From NCBI RefSeq assembly GCF_006345805.1, contig NC_043018.1, positions 27,776,001 through 27,840,000 on the forward strand: a stretch of 64,000 nucleotides of DNA, given 5' to 3'. Source of the stretch: Octopus sinensis (Eukaryota). A model generated the notes under the pieces. The model did no database searches. It saw only the letters and a program-made list of their open reading frames with translations, and was not told where the DNA came from. Shown one piece after another: positions 12,371 through 26,034 of this stretch. The translations under genes and the position numbers were made by a program. Each line of letters opens with the position of its first letter. Position 1 is the first letter of the stretch.

Positions 12371-13352
12371 AGAGTTTGTTAAAATTTATCTGCAATAAAG
12401 ATAGATACGTGACGTATAATAGCATGAAACTATCAGTAGCTCTTTCGGCTATGTATTTTAATTTGAAATATATCTATAGTACATTAAAAGTGAGCTTGAA
12501 TCTTGCTTGCTTGCTTGCTTGTAATGTTGCCCAGCCAAAGTGGAACATAATGTGAAAATACTATGCATTAAGTTTTCCCTGAAATGTGAATACGAACGGA
12601 ATAAGGCAAATTTCGCATACATCAGACAACTGGTTGTTGAGATATATGGAGTTTTCGGGGTATAACTACCCAAAACGGTGCATAATGGGAAAATACTCTG
12701 AAAATAACTTAACTCTGAAAGGGAAGAAACTCTAACATTTCGATTAGACACAGTGACTTGACAACGAAAAAATACGTGTTGTTTTTTACGGTAAATGTTT
12801 CTATTTTCGCTTTTGTTAAACACAATATTTTAATCATTTAGAAATATTTTTCAGTGAATGTTATTTCAAAAATGTAAGTTGTTTGTACAGTAAAGTATTA
12901 ATATTTTAGCTTTCTTTAAGCAGACAATATTTTTATGTTTTTTAAAATTATTTTCGAGTGAATACCATTGCCAAAAAATTTTTGGCATATTTACAAAATA
13001 TCTTAAAGTGAAAATGACTTTAAAAATACAGTAAATATTTCGTAAAAGACCTGTTCGAAATCTCGGTGTGAAAATTTTTTTCCATGTTTTTTTTCGAGTG
13101 CATTCAACGTATGTCACCTTCAAAGAGTTGGTTGCTATTTCTAGCACACCCTGCTACCCCGTAACAACTATTTGCGATAAAGGATGCGAAATAACTGCTA
13201 CGTGGTAGCAGGGCAGGCAAGAAATAGCAGCCAAGGCTTTCCTTTCCTGGGGAAAGAAACCGCTTACGCGAGCAAAGCAGCAAGTTCTAAATATATATAC
13301 ATATATGCACATATATATATATACATACACACACACACACACACATACACAC

Positions 13353-13408
<56 letters not shown>

Positions 13409-13438
13409 TATACACACACACACACCACATATATATAT

Positions 13439-13600
13439 AGAAGAAGAAGAAGACAAGAAGAAGAAGAAGAGAGAAGAAGAAGAAGAGAAAAAAAGAAAAG
13501 AAGAAGAAGAAGAAAGAAGAAGAAGAGGAGAGAAGAAGAAGAAGAAGAAGGACGAAGAAGAAAGAAAGAAGAAGAAGAAGAAGAAGAAGAAGAAGAAGAA
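13439..13600 (+). repeat. (GAA)n microsatellite
   Basis: Direct inspection. Confidence 0.95.
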
Positions 13601-14172
13601 CCTTTTACATGCAGGTTAATATTTCCAGAGAAACTCTACTTTGTAAAAAAATCCATCATATTTTTTAGAGCTAATGTTATTTCTACGAACACATCTTCAC
13701 AAGCCCGTCTGAGTACTTCCTTTCCGGTTGCTGATACAGGTTTCAGACAGCCATATCATATTGTTCTACCCGTCAAAATGCATTAGAACTGAAATTATTG
13801 CCGTACACCTCGTCGCGACTGCTTTTTGCTTGTTTTTTTTTTCAGTCGATGATATTTGAAAGAAAACGCAGCTACAATCGTTCAAATTCGCCGTGCACCG
13901 TTTTGTTTCTTATTTCCTCTAGAAAAAAAAATTTAAAAAAAAGAGAATATAAAACGGAAATTCTCTTTCATTCATTCTTGTTGCAAATTGGATCAATTCA
14001 TGAATGCTATTTAATAATTTCAAGAATCTTGTAAACTCTTCTTTTACAACCGTTCCGAAATATGCAACAGTCATCCGGGAATCGTTCCTAGTTTTCTTTT
14101 AAATTGGATTTAGTTCTTGCAAATTCTTCAGCACGTCGCCTTACCGCAGTTTGTTTTTCTTTCGCTGTTTAT

Positions 14173-14612
14173 TTTCTTCTTCTTCTTCTTCTTCTTCTTC
14201 TTCTTCTTCTTCTTCTTCTTCTTCTTCTTCTTCTTCTTCTTCTTCTTCTTCTTCTTCTTCTTCTTCTTCTTCTTCTTCTTCTTCGTCGTCGTCGTTGTCG
14301 TCTTCTTCTTCTTCTTCGTCGTCTTCTTCTTCTTCATCGTCTTCTTCTTCATCGTCTTCTTCTTCATCGTCTTCTTCTTCATCGTCTTCTTCTTCTTCTC
14401 TTTTCTTCTTCTTCTTCTTCTTCTTCTTCGCTTCTTCTTCTTCTTCTTTTTCTTCTTCTTCTTCTTCTTCTTCTTCTTCTTCTTCTTTTTCTTCTTCTTC
14501 TTCTTCTTCGTCTTTTTTCTTCTTCTTCTTCTTCTTCTTCTTCTTCTTCTCCGTCTTTTTTCTTCTTCTTCTTCTTCTTCTTCTTCTTCTTCTTCTTCTT
14601 CTTCTTCCTCCT
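14173..14612 (+). repeat. (TTC)n microsatellite
   Basis: Direct inspection. Confidence 0.95.
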
Positions 14613-15244
14613 CCTTTATTCTCTCACGAATGTTCAGGAAGTTAATAGCGCAGGGCTTTATATGTTTGTTATCAAAATTGATATATCATATCTGGTATTT
14701 TACTCTCATTCTTCTGAGGGATTACCTGATATTTTTGTAGAAATACTTTTGAAAATAAAAAGCGCCGAATAAAGAAATAATTCCAGAACAATGTTAACCA
14801 TATTTTGTTACAGTAAGGACCACACAACGTTTACAGATGGGGGAAATGGTGGGGTGGGGGGGAGGGCGAGGTGAGGAAGAGGAGGAGGAGGGGGAGGATA
14901 TGGGCATATATTCTCACTGTGGTGCGTATATGTATGTATGTGTATGTGTGTGTGTGTATGTGCGTGGTGTGTGTGTGTATGCATGTGTGTGTGTGTTAGT
15001 AGGTTGCATGTTTTTGAATATTGTATGTATGTATGTATGTGCGTGTGTGATAGTATATGTATGTGTACATGTGTATGAGTGTGTACGTGTGTATGTGAGT
15101 GTGTGTGTGTGTGTGTGAGAGTGTGTGTGTGTATATGTGTGTGCATACATCAGCAGGATTATGTGCAATGATTGGTGATTAGAGATCATGGAGATAATAG
15201 AGTTCTCTTTGATTATTTTCTTTTCAAATAATAAAATCTTTATT

Positions 15245-15319
15245 GTAATAATAATAATAATAATGATGATGATGATGATATTAACGACAGTAATAGTAAT
15301 AATAATAATAATGATAATA

Positions 15320-15354
<35 letters not shown>

Positions 15355-15409
15355 AATAATAATAATAATAATAATAATGATAATCATAATCATAATGATA
15401 ATAATAATG

Positions 15410-15458
<49 letters not shown>

Positions 15459-15544
15459 TGATGATAATAATATATAAAAAATGATCTAAGGACCTATAAT
15501 GGGGACAAATGAGGAAACGACATTGAGATTAAATAAACAACAAA

Positions 15545-15612
<68 letters not shown>

Positions 15613-16103
15613 GAACGCGACGACAAGCACGACAGCGATGGTGGTGATGATAAAGATGATGACGACGACGGCGTCGATGACGATAATGATGATGACGATG
15701 ATGATGGTGACCATGTTGGTAGTGGTGACGACAATGATGATGATGATGATGATGATGATGATTATGATGGTGATGATGATGATGATTGTAGTGCGGTTCA
15801 CAACGACGATGATGAAGATGGCGATAAAAATGTTGCTACTGCTGCTGCTGCTGCTGATGATTGTTATGATAATGACGAAGATGACGATAATGATAATGAC
15901 GATATGATGCTGACCATATTGGTAGTGGTGGCGACAATGTGGAGGGTGATGATGACGATGATGATGATGATGATGACGACCACGACGATGATGACGGTGA
16001 TCATAATGGTGACGATGGTAGTGCGGTTCACGAAAACGATGATGAAAATGATGATGTTGATAATGATAATGATGACGACGACGACGATGATGACAACGAC
16101 GTC

Positions 16104-16136
<33 letters not shown>

Positions 16137-16244
16137 AATGATGATGATGGCTACGACGACGACGATGAAGATGATTATGATGATGAAGAAGATGATGATG
16201 ATGATGATAATGATGACGACGACGACGATGATGACGACGACGAC

Positions 16245-16280
<36 letters not shown>

Positions 16281-16388
16281 AATGATGATGATGGCTACGA
16301 CGACGACGATGAAGATGATTATGATGATGAAGAAGATGATGATGATGATGATAATGATGACGACGACGACGATGATGACGACGACGAC

Positions 16389-16421
<33 letters not shown>

Positions 16422-16700
16422 AATGATGATGATGGCTACGACGACGACGATGAAGATGATTATGATGATGAAGATGATGATGATGATGATAATGATGACG
16501 ACGACGACGATGATGACAACGAAGATGATGATGATGATGATGATGATGATGAAGATGATGATGACGACGACAACGACGATGATGACGATGATGATGTTAA
16601 TGATGATGACGATGACGACGACGACGACGACGACTACGACGACGATGATGGTGATGGTGATGACGACGACGACGACGGTGCTAATACTGTTCGTGATGAT
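15245..16700 (+). repeat. Compound (AAT)n/(GAT)n/(GAC)n trinucleotide array with ~141-144-bp higher-order repeat
   Basis: GGCTACGAC landmark recurs at ~16149, ~16293 and ~16434; older duplicated landmarks TGACCAT.TTGGTAGTGGTG (15708, 15911) and GTAGTGCGGTTCAC (15788, 16018). Confidence 0.9.
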
Positions 16701-16895
16701 AACAGCAGCAAAGACAATAAAAAATTAAACGTCTGAAACTTGAATCATCTGAGAGACTTGCGCAAGTTTCTGCAATTTCAATTATATTTATAAACATGCG
16801 CGCATACACGCTTTAATACATACATACATACATACATACACACACACACATACATACATACATACACACATACATACATACATACATACATACAT

Positions 16896-16943
<48 letters not shown>

Positions 16944-17020
16944 TCATGTATATGTACATATACGTTTATATGTATATACATATATAAAAACCTACATACA
17001 GTGTGTCTATACATGCACAT

Positions 17021-17077
<57 letters not shown>

Positions 17078-17192
17078 TATTCACCTACATATAGGTTATG
17101 TGAAATAAAATAATACGAATATTTGTGTAAACAATATTATAAAAGTTAATATGTCTGGGCATCAATATAGTATGTAAACACTACTGCTGCTT

Positions 17193-17225
<33 letters not shown>

Positions 17226-17228
17226 GTA

Positions 17229-17263
<35 letters not shown>

Positions 17264-17933
17264 ACTATGATTGTGATGTGTATGTATATATACATATATA
17301 TATATTTATCAATATATGTAGGTATGCATGTGCATTCGTGTGTATGTGTATATACACATATATATATGTATGTATTTGTGTTGGTATATATATATATGTG
17401 TGTGTGTGTGAGTGTGTGTATGTAAACGACAACTTATGATATTGTTGATTCTTGTGGTATTTTATTGAACTTTTCTTTCTTATCTTGGAATACGTTATGA
17501 TCTTTCGGTTTTAGTTATCAAATTACTCACCATTGGAGAGAGAGAGAGAGAAAGAAAGAGAGCGAGAGAGAGAAAGAGAGAGAGAGAGATGGTTTCTAAC
17601 CCAGAAACAACGAACGTATGAATGCACGTAAGTATATATATATGTATGTATGTACGTACGTACGTATGTATGTATGTATGTGTGTGTTTGTGTGTCTGTG
17701 TGTTCATTTGTTAATGTATGTTCGTACATATCTATGTGTGTATGCATATACATGTATGTACGCGTGTGTGTATTTTGTGCCTGTGTTTGTGTATACGCAC
17801 GTATGTATAAGTTTACCTGCATACATATATGTGTATATTTATTTGCCTACACACATATGTAGTTGTAGATGCGTACCTTTCTCTGCCTGTTTGTCTCTCT
17901 GTCTCTGAATATATATGTATATGTATGTATATG

Positions 17934-17996
<63 letters not shown>

Positions 17997-18109
17997 TTTT
18001 CGAACCACCTTAGCGTCCAGAGAGCTGCTGATTTTCACAAGAGGCCATATCTTCTCCTTGAGATCCACACACCAATATCCGACCCATTATGTTTTATTTA
18101 TGTCATTAT

Positions 18110-18568
18110 TCAGTTTTATTTCAAGATTTCTTACCAATAGAGAAACAGCTGGTTTCTAACCTAGATTCAAGGCTCCTTCATTTGAATTTCAACATCAACA
18201 GTGTTTTTGTATGTATGCATATATATGTTCAGATTTGTATGTTTTGTTTTATGTATGCATTCTCATGCATATAGTTGCATATCTAGATCTGCTCATATAA
18301 ACTTAAGTGATAAACTTCTGGAAAGTTTTACAGACTTTTACAGTTCCAGTGATGACTTGGATCTGTGGCATTCGAATTAAGTTTCTCTTTTCTGGTTTTG
18401 AGATTGGCATTTAAACAGTGTTACATATCGCTGTTTTCCAATAATTACAGGTATAAACCCGAACTTGTAATCTTGATTTCTAAATAGTTCAGCGTATCTT
18501 TCTTTTTCGTTGATATTTAGCTGTATGTTAACATCCTCTGGGCAGATAACTTCCACAACTGTACTCAA
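18110..18568 (-). mobile_element. 3' fragment of an RLE-type non-LTR retrotransposon
   Basis: Minus translation TVVEVICPEDVNIQLNINEKERYAELFRNQDYKFGFIPVIIG resembles the restriction-like endonuclease C-terminus (E..P...K..Y..L...P..IG), followed by a 3' UTR. Confidence 0.55.
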
Positions 18569-18739
18569 TTGTATGTATGCATGTATGCATGTATTTATGT
18601 ATGTATGTATGTATGTATGTATGTATGTATGTATGTATGTATGTATGTATGTATGTATGTATGTATGTATGTGTGTGTATGTATGTATGTATGTATGTAT
18701 GTATGTATGTATGTATGTATGCATGTATGTATGCATATG

Positions 18740-19076
18740 AGCGCGGGGACATGGAAATAATCGGACTGAATACCCGATCGCGCGGTTAAACCATTGGGAG
18801 TGAAGGGTTCTTAGCTTTTGTTAGGGCATCCTTCTAGGAGAAGGTAACTCAGGTAACTGAGATAACTCCGACATAAAACCTGCAGCTCAGTGGTTACCGA
18901 TGATGTTAACTTGTTCTTCTTTTCGGATTATGGCTGCTGTTGCTTAGTGAGTGGGATTGACTCCGCGCAAAGACTTTCCTCACTTTAAAAAAATCTTCTT
19001 GCACAGGCATTGCACGATAACAACATTGATTAAGCTTCGTGCAATGGTGATACTCGATAACGAGGGGGCAGCCACC
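18740..19076 (+). mobile_element. RTE-type 5' UTR or RTE-related SINE fragment
   Basis: GGGCATCCTTCTAGGAGAAGGTAACTC...AAACC resembles the conserved RTE 5' UTR motif; embedded in (TATG)n. Confidence 0.45.
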
Positions 19077-19720
19077 ATACATGTATGTATGTATGTATGT
19101 ATATTTGTATGTATGTATGTATGTATGTATCTATGAATGTATGCATGAATGTATCTATGAGTGTATGTATGTATGTATGTATGTATGTATGTATGTATGT
19201 ATGTATGTATGTATGAATGTATGCATGTATGCTTGTTGGCAATGCATGTATGTATGCGTGCATGTATGTATATATGTATGCATATATGTACGTAAGTATG
19301 TATGTAATTTGTATTACGCATGTATGTACTCTGGCCCGCAGCAGTAAAAGCTGTAAGGGTCCCATGAATGGGATTACTAGCATATGTGATGACCATCCAG
19401 CTGAACGCGAAGAGACAGAAAAACCGTTGGTTGGTGTCAGGACACGCAGCAACTTATCATTTAAATATGCATGAGCATGTCTAGATATGCAACTATAAGC
19501 GTGAGAATACATACATAAAACATACAAATCTGCACATATACATATATACATTAATACATACACACATACATACATACATAATACATACATACATATATAC
19601 ACACATACATACATACATATATACATACGTACATACATACATACATACATACATACATACATACATACATACATACATACATACATACATACATACATAC
19701 ATACATACATACATACATCT

Positions 19721-20465
19721 GAGGACAGTGCAGAGGATTTGGAAAGAGTTGAATGAGTTTAATGGTGATTACGAAAGTACGGCAGCTCGGAAAACTCACT
19801 CTGATCGTTCTGATGAGAAAAGAAATCCTAAATTTGTTGTTGAGATTCAGGCGATCATTGACAACGATCCCTCCAAATCAATAAGGTCCATTGCTAGGGA
19901 CATGGAAGTGTCTGAGTTTCTTATCAGGTAGCTACTGCATGAAGACATTCGGTATTTCTCATACAAGATTAGAAAAGGCCAATTTTTATCCCAAGCCATC
20001 AAGGACAAGAGGAAAGACCATGCTACGAATCTTTTGAACGAACTCAAGCATCCCCTCCAACCGAACATGCTTTGGTTTTTCTCAGACGGGAAAAATTTCT
20101 GCCAGGATCAGATGGTGAACTCACAGAACAAGCATTGGCTTGCCATGTCTCCAAAACATGTACCAAGAGTAATAACAGTCACACACCCAGACAATATCAT
20201 GGTGTTTGGAGTGATCACTAATGAGGGCGAAGTTGTGCCTCCATTTATCTTCCCAAACGGCCTCAGACTCAATATAGAGGCCTACATCAAGTGCCTGGAA
20301 AAGGTAGTGCTGCTCTGAATCAAGGGGGTGGCAACAGGACTCTGCACCATGCCACGAAAGCAGGAGAACCCAGTCATGGCTGTCAGACAATTTCTGAGAC
20401 CACAACATAACAACTGTCTACCTAATTCACCAGACTGCACCCCCTTGATTATTATGTGTGGGGCA
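19721..20465 (+). mobile_element. Decayed DD37D (maT-like) Tc1/mariner-superfamily transposase
   Basis: SIRSIARDMEVS (HTH), WFFSDGKNF (first D), IMVFGVI, WQQDSAPCH (second D), [15 protein letters not shown] (third D); frameshifted. Confidence 0.85.
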
Positions 20466-20484
20466 TTTTGGTATAATTAGACGT

Positions 20485-20549
<65 letters not shown>

Positions 20550-20590
20550 CATATATATATACATATATACATATATATATACATACATAT

Positions 20591-20666
<76 letters not shown>

Positions 20667-21197
20667 GTATATATATGCAAGGCTTTGGTTGGCCCGGACT
20701 ATAGTTGAAGACACATGCCGAAGATGTCACGCAGTGGGGACTGAACCCGAACTCATGTGGTTGGGAAGCAGACATTTCACCACATAGCCACGCCTGATAA
20801 TATAGATATATATATGTATTATACACACACACACACACATACACATACATTGATGTGCGTATGCATTTTCTCTGGGTGTTTATGTAACATCTGTCGGATT
20901 TTATGTCAGCACGGGTGGTCCCATTTAGAGACGGAATTAACTGCTTAGGTTATTTATCTGCTTGCCTGCCTGCCTGTCTGTCTGTCTCTCTGTCTGTGTG
21001 CTTGTCTGTCGGTATGTGTTTGTGTATATATTTGTATGCATCGAAATATTTGCGAATGTGTGTATATAGTTATGTTAACTTGCGTTGTGTGGTATGAAGC
21101 TTGCTTCCCAACTACATGGTTCCGGGTTCAGTTCCACCTTGGCAAATGTCTTCTACTATAACCTTGAGTAAGGGGAGACTCTGGATGTGTTTACAGA

Positions 21198-21459
21198 AAG
21201 AGTTGTCTCCCCTTACTCACAACACAGGAACTTATATAAATTATATAAAAAAGATAATGCAAATGAAGCTAAAATGATAGTTTTATAATTTGGGTTTTAT
21301 TGAAGAACTCAAAAGAGTTGTCTCCCCTTACTCACAACACAGGAACTTATATAAATTAATAAAAAAAGATAATGCAAATGAAGCTAAAATGATAGTTTTA
21401 TAATTTGGGTTTTATTGAAGAACTCAAAAGAGTTGTCTCCCCTTACTCACAACACAGGA
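21198..21459. repeat. 115-bp tandem repeat (about 2.3 copies) at the 3' end of the minus-strand Penelope-like element
   Basis: AAGAGTTGTCTCCCCTTACTCACAACACAGGA at 21198, 21313 and 21428. Confidence 0.9.
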
Positions 21460-21939
21460 CTGAAGAACCAGGACCACAATTACTACTACTTCCTGTCCTG
21501 CAAACATGCTGAATTAACAACACAACACACAACACATGCTCTTAATCCCTTGGATCTTAACACCTCAAGGTAATTTTTTCGTAAACAACCATAAAACTCA
21601 AGATTACACAACGAACTCACAATGTATCGGAGAACTTATTTTTTAATTTTTGTACATTTTTATCATTATTCTTTACAAAAAACAATGCAATTTTCTTGTT
21701 AACTTAACTTTCAGATTTTAACACTTTATTTATATTATTTTCTAATAATATAAATCTGCATAGACAATTGCATTTCAAATTGTCATATCATTTATAATAA
21801 AAATGATAGTAATAACAACAATAGTAAAAATGATATTTAAAGAATATAAGTTTTAGCTTGAAGTGATGAATGCATGGTATCTTTATATATTTGTGTTAGT
21901 CCATCCATGAAGAGTGAGGTAGAGAAGGAAGTTTGATCA

Positions 21940-24360
21940 ACGAGGAGTTTGCATATTAAGTTGTGTTTGGAATTTTTCAATAAAGAGATTGTCCTTGTTA
22001 ATTCTCTCCTGTGTGGTGATCCCGTCTTTACATTGGTAGAAGGGGAATATATAGAATTGGGGTTTAAGTCTTTAGCACATGAGTCTAAGTGGTCACTCAG
22101 TGGAATTTGTCGGTATTCCGGGAGATTTATTTGTTCTTTATGCACCGTTACTCGTTTACGTAACGGGAGACTCGTTTGTCCAACATAATTATGTTGGCAA
22201 CCAGCGCATGTGAGAACGTAGATAAGGTTCTCAGGAGGAACAGGAGAAGTTAGTCTTGATTTTAAACTTCGTACCTTGTTTGAAGGTAAATTCAGAGCCT
22301 TCAAGTAGAAAGGGGCAGGTACCACAGTTGGGGTTGGATGTGGTTGTGTGAATTTTGGCATTTGTCAAGAGTTTTTTTAAAGATTTGTGTTGCCTTTTGC
22401 ATTTGAGGATTTGTGTTGTATTATAAATGTTTTCATTTTGGGGTCTGTTGACAGTAGACTGAGGTTTTGTATGATTGTGGTGTATGCTTCGATATTTTTG
22501 GGGGTGTGGGTGGAAATGTATGGAAGTATTTTGAGGTTGTGTGTGGTGTTAGGTTGGGTGGTTTTCAGTGTAGTGTTGTCTAGTTCTTTGGCGCGTTTTA
22601 TTCCATACTCTATAAGGGTAGAGGGATATTGACGTTGTAATAGTGTTTTTTTGAGGTCTTGAAGGTATTTCTCGTGTTTTTGGATCCGAGACAATGGTGC
22701 ATACCCTTTTAGCTAAATTGAAAGGGATATTGTCTTGGTGTGTTTTGGGTGGCATGAACTAAAGAGGAGGTATTGTTGTGAGTCTGTAGGTTTGTGGTAG
22801 ATGTCTGTTATGATTTGGTTCTTAGGTGTTTTTATAATTAGGAGATCAAGGAATGGGAGATGATGTTTGCTTAATTCCATAGTGAATTGGATGTTGGGAT
22901 GTATGTTGTTTAGTATGGTTTTGAATTCCAGGAGGAGTTTTTCATAAGGTTCTTTCCATGATGAAACAATCATCTAAATACCTTTTCCAGTTTTCCATTA
23001 GGTAGGTGTGGAAAACATGTCCAAATTTCTGGCTTGATATTTCATAGAGTGACAGTTCGAAGTAACCCATTATGAGGTTCGCAAGGACTGGTGCAGCCTT
23101 GGTACCCATCGCAATGCCACATTTTTGACGGTAGTGTGTGTCGTCGAAGAGAAAAAAATTGTTTGTCAGAATGAACTTAAGAGATTCTGTAATAAAAGAC
23201 TTGTTAATGCGGTCAGGGAATGTCTCTGGGTGTTTTTCTAGCCAGAAGTCAATTGCCTCTATACCATACTCATGTGGAATGTTGGTGTAGAGGTTGATGA
23301 CATCAAAGGATACCAGGAGCGCCTCCTCGTTAACTGTTTTCGGGAGGTGTTTGAGCATGTCCAGATCATCCCTAATGAAACTTTTGATGTGGGTAAGGAA
23401 AGGTTTCAAAAGGATGTCTAGGAAGTTACTCAGGCGGTGTGTTTCACAGGAGGTACCAGTCACGATGGGCCTTAGTTTTAGGTCCTCCGGTGCTTTGATG
23501 TTGATGTGGATGTCAGTGGAGAGTTTGCAGGCTTCGGTGATGTATTTGTTTTTATGGATTTTTAGGAAGGCCATAAAAAAGGCTGGGCTTGCATTTGAAA
23601 ATGGTGATATAATCCCTTTCTTTTTCTGTGAGTCCCTGACCGTGTTGGCGTATGAGTGTGGTGAGGTTTCTGATTGTTTTTTGCTGTTTGTAGTTGTTAA
23701 TAACCTCATAGAAAATGTTATTGTTAAGCATGGAGAACACTAGGTGTTTATAAAATTCCGTGTCCATAAGGACCACAGCACTCCCTTTGTCCGCTTCTTT
23801 GATGGTGAGGTTTTTATCCAGTTGTATGTCACGTAGGTTTTCCCATTCTTCCTTACTGAAATTGGATTTTACCTTGATTTTGCTTGGGGTAAAGGGGAGA
23901 CTCTGGATGTGTTTACAGAAATCGTCCAGTGTTTTATTTCTCCCTTTTGGTGGTAGGAAGTTGCTTTTATTTCTGATCAATGAATCGTCTCCATTGTTGA
24001 TATCTGTTAAAGCTTCTGTTAGGCGAAGTTTTCTGCAGAATTCAGAAACGTCATCCTTGGGTTGGGTGTTCTTGGGGTGGGTGTGAATTTCAAACCTCTT
24101 GCTAGGATGTTGATTTGGGTTGGTGTCAGTGTTTTGCTGGAGAGGTTTATAATTTTTGTTTTCTTATTTTGGGTCTGTGTTAGCGGTGGTGTTTGTATTT
24201 TTCCCCTCTGTCTAAAAAATGGTTGTTGAGGTAAGGGGTGTATTCTTTGTTAAAGTTCTGGTTGTATGTGTAGGAGTGTTTTTGGGTGGGGAGGTTGGAG
24301 GGGGTAGGTAGTTGTCGTATTTGTGTTGGTATGGGATGCGATGGTGTAAGGATTTGTGAG
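21940..24360 (-). mobile_element. Penelope-like retroelement ORF (RT + GIY-YIG endonuclease; Neptune-like), frameshifted
   Basis: IKEADKGSAVVLMD (DKG motif), LRPIV, FDVINLYTNIP, GIAMGTKAAPVLANL, WKRYLDD, LPFLDL, YHKPT, SSCHP, a CGTC linker, then NLIYVLTCAGCQHNYVGQT...R...H (GIY-YIG); split over at least five frames. Confidence 0.95.
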
Positions 24361-24379
24361 AAATGCGATGGGTTTGTGA

Positions 24380-24427
<48 letters not shown>

Positions 24428-24430
<3 letters not shown>

Positions 24431-24802
24431 TAATCCAAACATGAAAACACAAAGAGAAAACACAACAACGCGAGGACGTGGAACAAATATAGTATTATTG
24501 GACGCTCAGGAAGGAAGGGAAGAAGGAGGGTTTAACGTTTCGAGCGGAGCTCTTCGTCTGAAACATAGGAAAAAGAAAGATCCAGAGAAGGGAAGACGGA
24601 GGAAAAAAATCGCCAACGGTACACACGCGGTCACATTTTGAATGACCGGAAGGAAATGGGTATGAAACAAAAATGCAATAGAGGACATTAAAACATTCGG
24701 ACAGATAGACGATAAAAAGGCGGACAAGCAAAAAAGACAGGTCATTCGTGGCTTTCTTTCCTCAGTCAAGTTCCAGAAGTCACGACCATTTCGGGCAATT
24801 AC
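24428..24802 (-). mobile_element. pLTR-like repeat upstream of the Penelope-like ORF, with a hammerhead motif
   Basis: Near-identical to 28614-28819; separated from the ORF by (TA)n; hammerhead at 24530-24564. Confidence 0.7.
24530..24564 (-). ncRNA. Minimal type I hammerhead ribozyme, core mutated (CAGACGA)
   Basis: GTTT-CAGACGA-A-GAGC-TCC-GCTC-GAAAC-GT-T-AAAC; stem I GTTT/AAAC; U4->A change probably inactivates it. Confidence 0.65.
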
Positions 24803-24811
24803 ATATATATA

Positions 24812-25038
24812 TATTTCTTTATTTCCCACAGGGAGTCAAACATAGAAGGGACACACAAGAACAGACAAATGGATTAAGTCGAATACATCGACTCCAGTGC
24901 GTAACTGGTGCTTATTTAATCGACCCCGAAATGATAAAAGACAAAGTCGACCTCAACGGAATTTGAACTCAGAACGTAACGGCAGACGAAATAACGTTAA
25001 GCACTTCGCCCGGCGTGCTAACGATTCTGCCAGTTCGC

Positions 25039-25039
<1 letters not shown>
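24812..25039 (-). mobile_element. SINE family B (tRNA head + Meta-like domain)
   Basis: Minus strand GGCGAACTGGCAGAATCGTTAGCACG...GAGTTCAAATTCC...GGTCGACTTTGTCTTTTATCATTTCGGGGTCGATTAAATAAGCACCAG. Confidence 0.8.
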
Positions 25040-25070
<31 letters not shown>

Positions 25071-25076
25071 ATAACA

Positions 25077-25299
25077 TTATTATCGAGTTAGAAAACAGAG
25101 AGATCTAATGAATAGAAATTAATTAATTAGTTATTCAACATATTCCCCTATAATTGTTTCATTTCCCAAACAAAATTAAAATTACAATTACAAAGTTAAA
25201 AGCTGTTTGTGAAATGAAACATTTGTAGGTGAATATGTTGATTAATTAATAAATTAATTTGTATCTATTATATCTCTCTGTTTTCTAACTCGATAATAA
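25077..25299. repeat. AT-rich fold-back inverted repeat (arms ~95-100 bp)
   Basis: TTATTATCGAGTTAGAAAACAGAGAGAT...TGTTTCATTTCCCAAACA mirrored by TGTTTGTGAAATGAAACA...ATCTCTCTGTTTTCTAACTCGATAATAA. Confidence 0.85.
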
Positions 25300-25430
25300 T
25301 ACTCGATATTTTACGATATTTCATATAATATATTCTTTGAAGAAATATCTCTTCAAAATACAGTATATTAAACCAGTGTATCCTGGAATAAAGATATCCC
25401 TGTATGAGGTTTAAATATACTCATTGTGAC

Positions 25431-25468
<38 letters not shown>

Positions 25469-25823
25469 TGTCTGTCTGTCTGTCTGTCTTTGTGTCTGTG
25501 TTTGCCACTACATCACCGTTTGACAACCTGTGTTGGTGTGTTTACGAACCCTGCAACTTAGTCGAACAAATCAACCCTAGGACTTACTTTTTTAAACCTA
25601 GTATATATTCTATCGGTCTCTTTGCCCCACTGCTAAGTACTAGGCCTAAAAAAATTAAGCCTCGACTAAAACCTCCATCAAGGTGGTGTTCCAGCACTGC
25701 CGCAGTGAATTGATAGTAAGAAGTAAAAGAATAAAAGAAAGAATATATAATACATGTGCGTGTGTACACACACACACACATACACACACACATACACACA
25801 CACACATATATATATATATACAT

Positions 25824-25860
<37 letters not shown>

Positions 25861-25863
25861 CAT

Positions 25864-25910
<47 letters not shown>

Positions 25911-26034
25911 TACATATAAAAATGGGACAAGAACGCAAAACATCCAGATAGACGAAACAAGGAAAACAAGAATAGATCATTCGGAGTTTTCTATCCTCAG
26001 TCGAGTTCCACATTATCTTTGCAATTTCGGCTGG

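Noticed and set aside
14104-14772. Poly-Leu, poly-Phe and poly-Ser ORFs
   Set aside because: (TTC)n microsatellite.
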